From contig JACMPK010000024.1 in assembly GCA_014377535.1 (NCBI GenBank), positions 3,942 to 67,941 on the forward strand: DNA of 64,000 nucleotides. Reading direction: 5' to 3'. The notes below the pieces were generated by a model. It saw nothing but the letters and a program-made list of their open reading frames with translations, made no database searches and was not told the DNA's origin. Of the stretch, positions 55,556-64,000 are shown piece after piece. The position numbers were made by a program, and so were the translations under genes. The stretch is from Gemmatimonadaceae bacterium. Lineage in GTDB: Bacteria; Gemmatimonadota; Gemmatimonadetes; Gemmatimonadales; Gemmatimonadaceae. The number at the start of each line of letters is the position of its first letter. Position 1 is the first letter of the stretch.

Positions 55556-57034
55556 ATGACTGCCCCGACTGCAAATCCGCTCACCGCACCCGTGCCCGCC
55601 TCCGGTGACTTCGACGCCGCCGTGCTCGAAGCCGGCGTCGACCGAATCTTGACGCTCTTCCAGAGGCTGCATGACGCAGGCGCGTTGCCGCCGGTACTGA
55701 GCCAGGTCACGCCTGGCACGATTGCGGACCAGCTCCCCGCGCTCCCTCCACGCGTCGCCGAGCCGATCGAGACGATCCTTGGCGACGTGGAGCGGATCAT
55801 CGTGCCTGGCATCACGCACTGGCATCACCCGTCGTTCTTCGCCTATTTCGCAAACTCGTCCAGTGTGCCATCACTGCTGGGCGAATTCTTGACTTCGGGG
55901 CTGAACGCCAACGCGATGCTGTGGGTCACCAGTCCCGCCGCGACCGAGCTGGAAGAGCGCGTGCTGCAGTGGCTCTGGACCGCGATGGGGCTGCCCGACG
56001 CAACGTCATGGTTCGGCATGATCACCGACACGGCATCCATGTCCACGTTGCTCGCGATCGCGGCGGCCCGTGAGGCCGCGGGCTACGACGTGCGCCGAAA
56101 GGGTCTGGCCGGCCGTGTGGACGTGCCGGTGCTCCGTGTGTACTGCAGCGAGCAAACGCACTCGTCCATCGACAAGGCATGCATCACGCTGGGCATCGGC
56201 AGCGACAACGTGGTGAAGATTCCGGTGGACGATGCATTCCGCATGCGTGTGGACGCGCTGGAGGCGGCGATGACCGCCGATCGCGCGGCAGGCATGCGTC
56301 CGTTGGCCGTGGTGGCGACGATCGGCACGACCAGCACGACCAGCGTGGACCCGGTGCCGGCGATCGCGGACCTGTGCGCGCGCGAGCAGGTCTGGCTGCA
56401 TGTCGACGCCGCTTACGCGGGCGTGATGGGCATCGCACCGGAGTTTCGCTGGGCCCTGGCTGGCGTGGATCGCGCGGACAGCATGGTCACCAATCCGCAC
56501 AAATGGCTGTTCACCACCATGGATTGCAGCGCGTTCTGGACACGGCATCAGGACGTGTTGCGGAGCGCGTTCTCGCTGGTCGCCGAGTATCTCGTGACGG
56601 CGCGCGATCAGCAGGTGGTGAACTACATGGACTACGGCGTGCAGCTGGGACGTCGCTTCCGTGCGCTCAAGCTGTGGATGGTGATGCGCGCCTTCGGCAC
56701 CGATGGACTTGCGTCACGGCTGCGCGATCATTGCGCGATGGCGCGCGAGTTCGCCGCGTGGGTGGATGCCGATCCGGCATGGACGCTGAGTGCGCCGGTG
56801 CCGTTCTCGCTGGTCTGCTTCCGTCATGCCCCCGAAGGCATGAGCGACGCCGATGCAGACGCGATGAACGCGCGCATCCTGGCTGACGTGAACGCGGCAG
56901 GGCGCGTGTTCCTGTCGCACACGCGGCTGCATGGTCGTCACGTGCTTCGGCTGGCGATCGGCAACATCCTGACGGCGCGCGAACATGTCGCGCTGGCGTG
57001 GTCGGAGCTGCAGCGGGCGGCGCGGGCATCATAG
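55556..57034 (+). CDS. pyridoxal-dependent aromatic-L-amino-acid decarboxylase (group II)
   Basis: HWHHPSFFAYF, TSPAATELE, and NPHKWL (PLP-lysine region). Confidence 0.9.
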   Translation: MTAPTANPLTAPVPASGDFDAAVLEAGVDRILTLFQRLHDAGALPPVLSQVTPGTIADQLPALPPRVAEPIETILGDVERIIVPGITHWHHPSFFAYFANSSSVPSLLGEFLTSGLNANAMLWVTSPAATELEERVLQWLWTAMGLPDATSWFGMITDTASMSTLLAIAAAREAAGYDVRRKGLAGRVDVPVLRVYCSEQTHSSIDKACITLGIGSDNVVKIPVDDAFRMRVDALEAAMTADRAAGMRPLAVVATIGTTSTTSVDPVPAIADLCAREQVWLHVDAAYAGVMGIAPEFRWALAGVDRADSMVTNPHKWLFTTMDCSAFWTRHQDVLRSAFSLVAEYLVTARDQQVVNYMDYGVQLGRRFRALKLWMVMRAFGTDGLASRLRDHCAMAREFAAWVDADPAWTLSAPVPFSLVCFRHAPEGMSDADADAMNARILADVNAAGRVFLSHTRLHGRHVLRLAIGNILTAREHVALAWSELQRAARAS

Positions 57035-57036
57035 CC

Positions 57037-57400
57037 TGCAACTGCAGCTGTAACGTCGCCAGCAACGGCAACGGCAACGGTAACGTCAACAGCAACTCCT
57101 CTCACACGGAGTCGCGGATCCACGGAGAACGGCAACAACAAAGGCAACGGCAACTCTTTTCACGCAGAGACAACGGGGCAGCAGAGAGAGCTGAGAAGAA
57201 GCTGTGGGAACTGCGCTCGCGAAACGTCGTTTCCCGGTCAGTGCAGTTTCTCTGCGCCTTCGTTGCCTCTGCGTGAAAAGAGTTGTTGTTGCAGTAACAG
57301 TTGCAGTAGCAGGTGCCGTTCTCCGAGTCTCCGAGGCTCCGCGTGAGAGGAGTTGTAGTTGCCGTTGTAGTGGCCGTTGTCGTGACCGTTATCGGTATCG
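57037..57400. repeat. CGGAG-octamer palindromic element, copy D (expanded ~364-bp nested palindrome with NNCAAC hexamer-repeat arms)
   Basis: Outer hexamer tracts at 57061-57096 and 57355-57400. Octamer TIRs at 57094-57127 and 57321-57354. A perfect 16-bp inner IR CTCTTTTCACGCAGAG (57154-57169) / CTCTGCGTGAAAAGAG (57267-57282). Central GGGAACTGCG motif. Confidence 0.85.
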
Positions 57401-57478
57401 CTCGAGCAGACTTCGGCGTACTAGTTGCCGAGCAGCGAACCGATGGTGCTGGGCGCACCGCCGCCGGTGCGACGCAAA

Positions 57479-58216
57479 TCAGGCCCAGTATTGCCACTTG
57501 CCCGCATAGACGACATACGCGGAAAGACAGCCGTTGGTGACGGCATGTGTCCAGATGAGGTCGGCGATGGATGCGGTCTTCGCCATCCACGCATTGTAGA
57601 TCACACCACACAGCAGGCCCACTTCCCAATACGACCCATGTTCGCTGGCGAACAACAGCGCAGTTGCGACGAACGACAACGTCGTGAAACTCCCGAGCTT
57701 GCGAAGCCTGAAGTCATCGAACGAATCCACTGCACGCGGCAGCCACCCACGCCAGAACAGCTCCTCGAGAATCGGCACCAGCAGCACCGCGCGTGCAGCC
57801 CGCAGCCAGAGCGTCAGCATGTCGCCACGCTCCGCGATGGCCAGTCCAGCAGTGGGATGTCCGACCACCGAATTGTCGAACAGCCAATGCGTACGCCACC
57901 CGGGAAACAGCTCCTCAGGGGCGATCCAGAGCAGGAACACGCCGATACCGATCACGGTCGACATGACGAAGTGCTTTGGCACCAGCTGGATCACGTCACG
58001 ACTGAGCACCAGCAGCGCCGCGACCAGCAGCACGATCCAGAGCGCCGCGTTCCACGGCTGCGGAATACCAAGCGGCTTGATGACGGCCAGCAGCACCATG
58101 AACAACGCAAACGGTGCGACCCACGGAACGGCGGCGCGAACAGGCATGGCGTGCGGGCACGGGATATTTGACCAGCTTCGACGCGAGAATCTACGACGCG
58201 TCATGCGCTGCGGCAC
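57479..58216 (-). CDS. CPBP family intramembrane glutamic endopeptidase (CAAX protease-like)
   Basis: EELFWRGW (motif 1), FASEHG (motif 2), THAVTN (motif 3). Confidence 0.85.
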   Translation of the reverse strand: MPQRMTRRRFSRRSWSNIPCPHAMPVRAAVPWVAPFALFMVLLAVIKPLGIPQPWNAALWIVLLVAALLVLSRDVIQLVPKHFVMSTVIGIGVFLLWIAPEELFPGWRTHWLFDNSVVGHPTAGLAIAERGDMLTLWLRAARAVLLVPILEELFWRGWLPRAVDSFDDFRLRKLGSFTTLSFVATALLFASEHGSYWEVGLLCGVIYNAWMAKTASIADLIWTHAVTNGCLSAYVVYAGKWQYWA

Positions 58217-58257
58217 AGTGCCCGTTGCGGCGCGCTGTCAATGCACTGCGAACCGAC

Positions 58258-58593
58258 AACCCCTCACACGGAGACGCGGAGCCGCGGAGTCGATCGCGGC
58301 GGCAGTCACTGGCAACGGGCAGCGGCAACCCTGACGGCGCCGTCGGTGTGATGCGAACGGAAAACCCCTCACACGGAGCCGCGGAGCCGCGGAGTCGATC
58401 GCGGTGGCAGCGGCTGACGACCGGTGGCGGCACTCTCGACTGCTTGTGGAACTGCTGCTCGCGCGCGCAGTTCCAGAATCCGATGGAAGCCTCGTGCAAC
58501 ACAAAGCATGACGACGGCTACGCCCCACCGCGAGCGGAGCACATCACACGCACGGCACCCCTCCGTGCCTCGGTAGCTCCGTGTGAGTGGAGT
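58258..58593. repeat. CGGAG-octamer palindromic element, copy E (336 bp, left arm tandemly duplicated with a 105-bp period)
   Basis: AACCCCTCACACGGAG(A/C)CGCGGAGCCGCGGAGTCGATCGCGG occurs at 58258-58299 and again at 58363-58404. Right arm CTCCGTGCCTCGGTAGCTCCGTGTGAGTGGAGT at 58561-58593. Central 9-bp stem TGGAACTGC/GCAGTTCCA. Confidence 0.85.
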
Positions 58594-58664
58594 GCAGTTC
58601 GCGACGCACGAACCAATGCCGTCACGCGCCAAAGAAAGAAGCGTACGTGATGCACACGCCATTC

Positions 58665-58710
58665 GCACAAAACAAACCGGGGCCAGGCTGCACTCAGCTC
58701 GACCCCGGTT
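58665..58710 (-). terminator. intrinsic terminator after the RND efflux operon
   Basis: Stem AACCGGGG (58675-58682) / CCCCGGTT (58703-58710), followed on the minus strand by TTTGTTTTGTG. Confidence 0.6.
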
Positions 58711-58734
58711 CCACATGCTCCACCAACTCACAGC

Positions 58735-61700
58735 TCAGTCGCCCATCACCGGCTGCGGCGCGAGGCCAGTGGGAATCTGGTGCTCACCCGTCATCGGCGT
58801 GCTGAACCCGAGACGCCTGCCGAAGAAAGCCCGCACGCTGTCCAGTATCTCGTAGATGGTCGGCACCACGATCAGCGTCAGGATCGTGGACGTGATCACG
58901 CCGCCGATCACCGCGACGCCGAGCGGCTTGCGGAAGTCGGCACCTTCACCCGAACCCAGCGCAATCGGCAACATGCCAGCCACCAGCGCGAACGTCGTCA
59001 TCAGGATCGGGCGCAGCCGGATAGCACCGGCCTCGATCAGCGCCGTACGCAGCGGCACACCCGCCTCTTCACGCTGCCACTTCGCGAAGTCGATGAGCAG
59101 GATCGCGTTCTTCGCCACGATACCAGCCAGCAGGATCACGCCGATCAGCGACATCAGGTTGATGGTCATTCCCGTGATGGCCAGTGCGCCGAACACACCG
59201 ACCAGCGACAGCGGCAGCGACACCAGAATGGCGATCGGGTCGAGGAAGCTGCCGAACTGCAGCACGAGGATCATGTACATCAGCACGATCGCGATTCCGA
59301 GCGCGGCGAAGATGGAGCCGAAGACCTTCGCCTGGTTTTCCGTGTCACCGCCCTGACTGAGCTGCACGCCCGGTGGCATGGGCGTTTCGGCGAAGATCCG
59401 GTTGATGTCTCCGAGTACGTCCGAGTTCGGACGACCGGCAACGTTGGCCTGCACGGTCACCAGCTTGTCGCGATCGAGATGGCTGATGATGGATGGTCCA
59501 AGGCCCTGCTCGACTTTGGCAATCTGGCCGAGTGGCAACGTGGTGGACGGCGCGCCATTCCGGCCGGGAATCACGAGCGGCAGGTTCGTGAGATCCACCA
59601 GACGTTCACGGGCCTCCGGAATGAAGCGCACGCGCACCTTGCGCGTTTCGCCCATCGGGTCGACCCAGTCGCCGGCTTCGACACCGGCAAATGCAGGCCG
59701 CAGTGACTGCGCCACCGACCCGACGCTGACGCCGAGTGAGCTGGCCAACCCTCGGTCAACCTGCACCGTCAGCTCCGGCTTCTGCCCTTTCGTGCTCAGG
59801 CTCACGTCCACGGCGCCAGGCACGGCGGCCACGCGTGGCAGCACCTGCTCCGCATATGCCTGCAGCGTGCGCGCATCGTTGCCTCGCAGCTGCAGCTGGA
59901 TCTGCTTCTGGTCGCCATTGAAGTCGTTCGTGTACACGCTGGCCACCGCGCCGCCGATCCGCGCCATGTCGACGCGAAACCGCGCCGCCACTTCGTCAGC
60001 CGAACGCATGCCCTTCGACTTGCGCTCCGTCTTCGGCAGCAGCTTCACGTACACGTTGCCGGCATCCACTGCGCCGCTGGCCCCGCCGATGGTGGTGAAG
60101 GTGAACACCGCTTCCGGATATGTCTTCGCGAGGCGGACGGCCTCCGTCACCTTGAGGCGCATGTAGTCGAGGTTCGAGCCCGGCGGGGTCTCGATCTTCA
60201 CGTTGATCTCGGAGTTGTCCTCACCCGGGAAGAAGCTCGTGCCGACCTTGCGAATGTCGAGCAGCGCCTTGCCGCGCTCGACGCCAAGCAGGGACTGCGC
60301 CAGCGACGGCAGCGCACCGATGCTCACGACGCCAAGCACCAGGAAGAGCACACCAGCGCCTGCACGCACCACCAGCGGCAGCGACTTGCGCGTGTCGAAC
60401 CAGACACCCAGGAGCACCAGGCCCATGGCCACGGCGAAACCGACCACACCGGAGATCGGCAGCGAGAACGCAGCGAAGAACACGCCGACGGCGAGGATCA
60501 TCATGGCCAGCCGATGATCGAGCGCCCAGGCAATCACGCCACGATACTTCTGCGTAGTGCGGTTGAACCAGTTGTTGAACTTGTCGAGCTGCCTGGTGAT
60601 CCACCACTTCTGGTTCTCGGGCTGGTGCGGATCGGGCCAGTAGGCCGACAGCATGGGGTCCAGCGAAAAACTGACGAAGAGCGACACCAGCACCGAGCAG
60701 GCGATCGTGAGCGCGAGCGGCTTGAACCACTGTCCTGCCTCACCATCGAGGAATGCGATGGGCACGAACACCGCCACGATCGAGAACGTCGTCGCGGCCA
60801 CGGCCAATCCAATTTCCGCCGTGCCCTCGCGAGCTGCAGTCATGTGGTCCTTCCCCATCTCCACATGTCGCACGATGTTCTCGCGCACCACGATCGCGTC
60901 GTCGATCAGGATGCCGATGGCCAGCGACAGGCCAAGCAGCGACATCGTGTTGAGCGTGAAACCGAAGGCGTAGACGGCCAGAAAACTCGCGATCACGGAG
61001 ACCGGCAATGCCATGCCGGTGATCACGGTGGAGCGCCACGAATTGAGGAAGAGGAATACCACCAGTACGGTCAGCGCCGCGCCTTCTATCAGCGTGCCTT
61101 GCACATTCTTGACGCTGGCGTCCACGCGCTTGCCCGAATCCTTGATGACCTTCAGCTCCACGCCCGTCGGCAGCGTCGCCTGGATCTTCTCGACGGCCGC
61201 GATCACCTTCTGCGTGACTTCGGTGGTGCTGTATCCGCTGGACTTGGTCACTTCCAGGCCCACCGCGTCCACGCCGTCCAGCAGGGCCAGGGTGCGCTGT
61301 TCCTCGGTGCCATCCCGGATGTCCGCGACCTGGCCCAGACGAATCAGCTGCGAGCCGCGCTGCACGATCGCGATGTTCGCAAAATCCTGCACATCCTCGA
61401 GGCGACCGCTGAGGCGGATGGTGCGCTCGTCGAGCACACCGGTCAAACTGCCCACGGGCACCGCGAGGTTCTGCTGCTGCAGCGCTGCCACGACTTCCGT
61501 CACGCTGATGTTGTTGGCCTGCAATGCAGCCGGGCGAAGCTCCACCATCATCTCGCGCTTCACACCACCCGTCACGTCGACCTTCGCCACGCCGGATATG
61601 GCGCGCAGTTCACGCGTCACGCCGGGATCGGCGAGCAGCGTGAGCTGCGGTGCCGTGAGCGACTTCGACGACATCGCGATCTGCACGACCGGACGATCCG

Positions 61701-62100
61701 TCGGATTGAACTTCTGGAGAATCGGTTCCTTCATCTCGGCGGGCAGGTCGTTGCGCTTCAGGTTGATCGCATCACGGATCTCCGTCGTCGCCTCCTGCAT
61801 GTTCTTGCCGAACTTGAAGAACGTGACCACCGATGCGAATCCGTCGCGCGCCTCGCCCTGCACCTTGTCGACGCCCGGGATGCCCGTGATCGCCTCTTCC
61901 ACCTGATCGAGCACCTCACGCTCGACCTGGTCCGGACTGGCGCCCGGGTAGACGATCGTCGTGAACACGATCGGCGGCGCCACCTCGGGGAACTCGTCGG
62001 TTTGCAGCTTGCCATACGCGAACAGCCCACCGACCACGAGGATCAACATCGTGACGATGGTGACCAGGGGCTTCCTGATCGCGAAATCCGATATCCACAT
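58735..62100 (-). CDS. efflux RND transporter permease subunit (HAE1/AcrB-like) with an extra hydrophobic hairpin after TM7
   Basis: 1121 aa with typical AcrB-family N-terminus and TM2-6/TM8-12 blocks. An insertion of about 70 aa holds two hydrophobic segments. Confidence 0.93.
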   Translation of the reverse strand: MWISDFAIRKPLVTIVTMLILVVGGLFAYGKLQTDEFPEVAPPIVFTTIVYPGASPDQVEREVLDQVEEAITGIPGVDKVQGEARDGFASVVTFFKFGKNMQEATTEIRDAINLKRNDLPAEMKEPILQKFNPTDRPVVQIAMSSKSLTAPQLTLLADPGVTRELRAISGVAKVDVTGGVKREMMVELRPAALQANNISVTEVVAALQQQNLAVPVGSLTGVLDERTIRLSGRLEDVQDFANIAIVQRGSQLIRLGQVADIRDGTEEQRTLALLDGVDAVGLEVTKSSGYSTTEVTQKVIAAVEKIQATLPTGVELKVIKDSGKRVDASVKNVQGTLIEGAALTVLVVFLFLNSWRSTVITGMALPVSVIASFLAVYAFGFTLNTMSLLGLSLAIGILIDDAIVVRENIVRHVEMGKDHMTAAREGTAEIGLAVAATTFSIVAVFVPIAFLDGEAGQWFKPLALTIACSVLVSLFVSFSLDPMLSAYWPDPHQPENQKWWITRQLDKFNNWFNRTTQKYRGVIAWALDHRLAMMILAVGVFFAAFSLPISGVVGFAVAMGLVLLGVWFDTRKSLPLVVRAGAGVLFLVLGVVSIGALPSLAQSLLGVERGKALLDIRKVGTSFFPGEDNSEINVKIETPPGSNLDYMRLKVTEAVRLAKTYPEAVFTFTTIGGASGAVDAGNVYVKLLPKTERKSKGMRSADEVAARFRVDMARIGGAVASVYTNDFNGDQKQIQLQLRGNDARTLQAYAEQVLPRVAAVPGAVDVSLSTKGQKPELTVQVDRGLASSLGVSVGSVAQSLRPAFAGVEAGDWVDPMGETRKVRVRFIPEARERLVDLTNLPLVIPGRNGAPSTTLPLGQIAKVEQGLGPSIISHLDRDKLVTVQANVAGRPNSDVLGDINRIFAETPMPPGVQLSQGGDTENQAKVFGSIFAALGIAIVLMYMILVLQFGSFLDPIAILVSLPLSLVGVFGALAITGMTINLMSLIGVILLAGIVAKNAILLIDFAKWQREEAGVPLRTALIEAGAIRLRPILMTTFALVAGMLPIALGSGEGADFRKPLGVAVIGGVITSTILTLIVVPTIYEILDSVRAFFGRRLGFSTPMTGEHQIPTGLAPQPVMGD

Positions 62101-62105
62101 ATCTG

Positions 62106-63320
62106 CTACCTCGAACCGGTGGTGGCCTTGGGCGACGCCGACTTGCTGTCCTGATCATTCACGTTTGACACACGAACCTGCTTGCCCTCGCCGATCGCCT
62201 GCGCCGCGCCCAGCAGCACCGTGTCACCACGCTGCAGGCCCTGCGTGATCTCGTAGTTCTCGCGCTGCTCGTCACGGATGCCGAGCGTGACGGAGATTCG
62301 CTCCACCCGTCCGCCGCGCACCCGCATCACCGTCGGCGTGGCTCCGCGCTGGTCGATCGCCGTTGCCGGCAGCACCACGGCGTTGCGACTCTCCGTGTTC
62401 ACGCGGCCTTCGGCGAACAGGCCACCCACGAGCGTGCCGGCACCGTTCGGGATCGACGCGAGGATCTGCACCTGACGCGTCGTCGGGTCAGCCACCGGGC
62501 TCACGCGAGTGACCGTGCCGGTGAACTTGCGATCACCGTATCCGCTGACGCTGAATGCCACCGGCATGCCGATGCGGATCTGTCCGATCTGTCCAGCCGG
62601 TACCGCGGCCTCGAGACGCATGCTCTTCGGATCGACGACCGTGAAGAGCGCTGCACCTGGCTGCACCACATCACCGGCGCTCACCACCTTGCCCGCCACC
62701 ACGCCGGCAAACGGCGCGCGCACGGTCGCGCTCCGGAGCTGCTTGTTCGCCGCTGCATACGCTGACTTCACGTTCGCCAGCTGCGCCATGGCCGTGGAAT
62801 ACTGCAGTCGCGTGTTCTCGAGATCGCGATCCGCAATCGCTCCCGCCGCGTTCAGCCGCTCGGCGCGATCGAGTTCCTTCTTCGCCTGCGCGGCCTGCGC
62901 GGCCGAGGCCGTCACGCCTGTACGCGCCGACAGCTCTGCCGCGCTGGCCGTGGTCGCATCGATTTGCGCGAGCGGTGTGCCGGCCGCGACACGCTGACCA
63001 GGTTCGACGTACACCTGGATCACGCTGCCCGAAACTTCTGCACGCACCGAGGCGGTGCGCTCCGCATTCAGCTCCCCGGAGATGGACGGGCCGCTTGCAA
63101 TGCGCATCGTATCCACGACCGCGATGTTCTCGGCACTGATCAGCGTGGGCTGTTCCGGCGCCTGTGCCGCCGCGTTCTCCTTCTTTCCACAGCCGGCGAG
63201 GCTCAGCGCGCCCGTCGCGAGCAACAAGCCAAGACCGATCGAGCGCGATGCGCGACGCGACGTGTTCATGCAAGCGGCGCGCGTGGCGCCAGAGGATATG
63301 TTCGTCATTGTGAGTGTCAT
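62106..63320 (-). CDS. efflux RND transporter periplasmic adaptor (membrane fusion) subunit
   Basis: Lipobox LSLAGC with barrel-sandwich/coiled-coil/beta-barrel order. GGAG SD lies 9 nt upstream of ATG 63320. Confidence 0.9.
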   Translation of the reverse strand: MTLTMTNISSGATRAACMNTSRRASRSIGLGLLLATGALSLAGCGKKENAAAQAPEQPTLISAENIAVVDTMRIASGPSISGELNAERTASVRAEVSGSVIQVYVEPGQRVAAGTPLAQIDATTASAAELSARTGVTASAAQAAQAKKELDRAERLNAAGAIADRDLENTRLQYSTAMAQLANVKSAYAAANKQLRSATVRAPFAGVVAGKVVSAGDVVQPGAALFTVVDPKSMRLEAAVPAGQIGQIRIGMPVAFSVSGYGDRKFTGTVTRVSPVADPTTRQVQILASIPNGAGTLVGGLFAEGRVNTESRNAVVLPATAIDQRGATPTVMRVRGGRVERISVTLGIRDEQRENYEITQGLQRGDTVLLGAAQAIGEGKQVRVSNVNDQDSKSASPKATTGSR

Positions 63321-63325
63321 GTGAA

Positions 63326-64000
63326 TTACTCCGGTCGGCCCGAAATGCCTGTGCCGGCATTCGACGCGCTTCTCGGTGCACCACCCGGTGCGGTCGGGCC
63401 GGGCTGACCGCCCTGCTGGTCTGCACCAGTGTTCAGCTGTGACTGCTGCGCCGCACCGCCTGCCGCCGATGTGCCACCGCCCGAGCCAAGTGGCAGGTCA
63501 CGCAGCAGCGTCATGCGAAGCCGTGCAAGCTGCAGGTCCTTCGCCGCCTGCAGCCGGTTGGCTTGCGACTGGATCGTGAGGTTGCGTATGTCGCTCAACT
63601 CGAGCTGCGTCGAAATGCCGTTCGTGTAGCGCACCTCGGCGATGCGGAGCGCCTTGTCGGCCTGTTCCTCGGTGCCGATGCTCGAGAGCCAGTTGGATTC
63701 GGCCTGCTCCAGGCTGCGCAGCGCGAGCTGCACGTCGAGCGATGCGGCACGCTTGCCCTGGCTCAGGCGGGCACGCGCATCGGCCAGATTGGCCTTCGCC
63801 ACCATCACGTCGCCGGTAATGCGCCCGCTGGTCCACAGCGGCACCGACATGCCCAACGCAACCGTCCAGCCGGGATAGAAATCGGCGAACGAGCGCGGGA
63901 CGATCTGTGCGTTGGAGGGATAGGCAAAGCGTTGATAGTTGGTGGACAGCGTGAGCGACGGCAGCCGTTGCAACGCTGCATTCTCCACGGCGCCCTGCTG
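63326..64000 (-). CDS. TolC-family outer membrane efflux protein, 3' part (5' end outside the window)
   Basis: The frame is open to the window edge. It has TolC-like coiled-coil repeats and a Gly/Gln/Pro-rich C-terminal tail. Confidence 0.78.
   Translation of the reverse strand, partial: QQGAVENAALQRLPSLTLSTNYQRFAYPSNAQIVPRSFADFYPGWTVALGMSVPLWTSGRITGDVMVAKANLADARARLSQGKRAASLDVQLALRSLEQAESNWLSSIGTEEQADKALRIAEVRYTNGISTQLELSDIRNLTIQSQANRLQAAKDLQLARLRMTLLRDLPLGSGGGTSAAGGAAQQSQLNTGADQQGGQPGPTAPGGAPRSASNAGTGISGRPE

Noticed and set aside
56998-57629. Cys-rich and Asn-Gly-repeat small ORFs across element D (CNCSCNVASNGNGNGNVNSNS; GTCYCNCYCNNNSF), considered as RiPP or bacteriocin precursors next to the CPBP protease.
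   Set aside because: The peptide-like repeats arise symmetrically on both strands from the hexamer-repeat arms of a DNA palindrome. There is no SD or start context, and no modification or transport genes. The structure is better explained as non-coding.
58258-58404. Direct repeats 105 bp apart, considered as a mini CRISPR array.
   Set aside because: There are only two units, and the repeat is one arm of the palindromic element with a matching inverted arm downstream. The spacing and length are atypical, and there are no cas genes in the window.

Overview
High-GC (roughly two-thirds G+C by eye) bacterial chromosomal window, densely coding on both strands. The gene content (bacilliredoxin, SWIB-domain protein, CarboxypepD_reg-type TonB receptor, GHL10 lipoprotein) loosely suggests a Gemmatimonadota- or Acidobacteria-like soil bacterium; this is inference only. 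I recognise about 60 protein genes, mostly housekeeping. They include a complete suf Fe-S operon (sufR-sufBCD-sufU-Rieske-sufS-sufU2), an ECF sigma / ZAS anti-sigma / PDZ-protein operon, RNase D and a GH20 hexosaminidase. There is also a WtpABC-like Mo/W importer, a NatAB-like ABC-2 exporter, signal peptidase I, endonuclease IV and P5C dehydrogenase coupled to a PhzF-like gene. The remainder includes an Omp85-family protein, a TonB-dependent receptor, rpmG, an aromatic amino-acid decarboxylase and an RND tripartite efflux operon. I found no rRNA, tRNA, CRISPR array, transposase, integrase or reverse transcriptase. The most unusual signal is non-coding. A family of nested palindromic, MITE/REP-like elements has terminal inverted repeats made of tandem NNNCGGAG octamers (consensus ACTCCGCTCACACGGAG-CCGCGGAG-GCACGGAG). 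It has five clear copies (35.8, 47.5, 48.7, 57.0 and 58.3 kb) and possible degenerate relatives (10.1 and 14.9 kb). Every copy lies directly downstream of a gene 3' end. One copy is expanded to a ~360-bp cruciform with hexamer-repeat arms, and one has a 105-bp tandem duplication of an arm. Other points are a CAAC-N6-GTTG SufR-type operator, a decayed alpha/beta-hydrolase remnant, an RND pump with an inserted two-helix hairpin, and a degenerate ANL-like protein. All family assignments are by-eye motif recognition; no searches were run.
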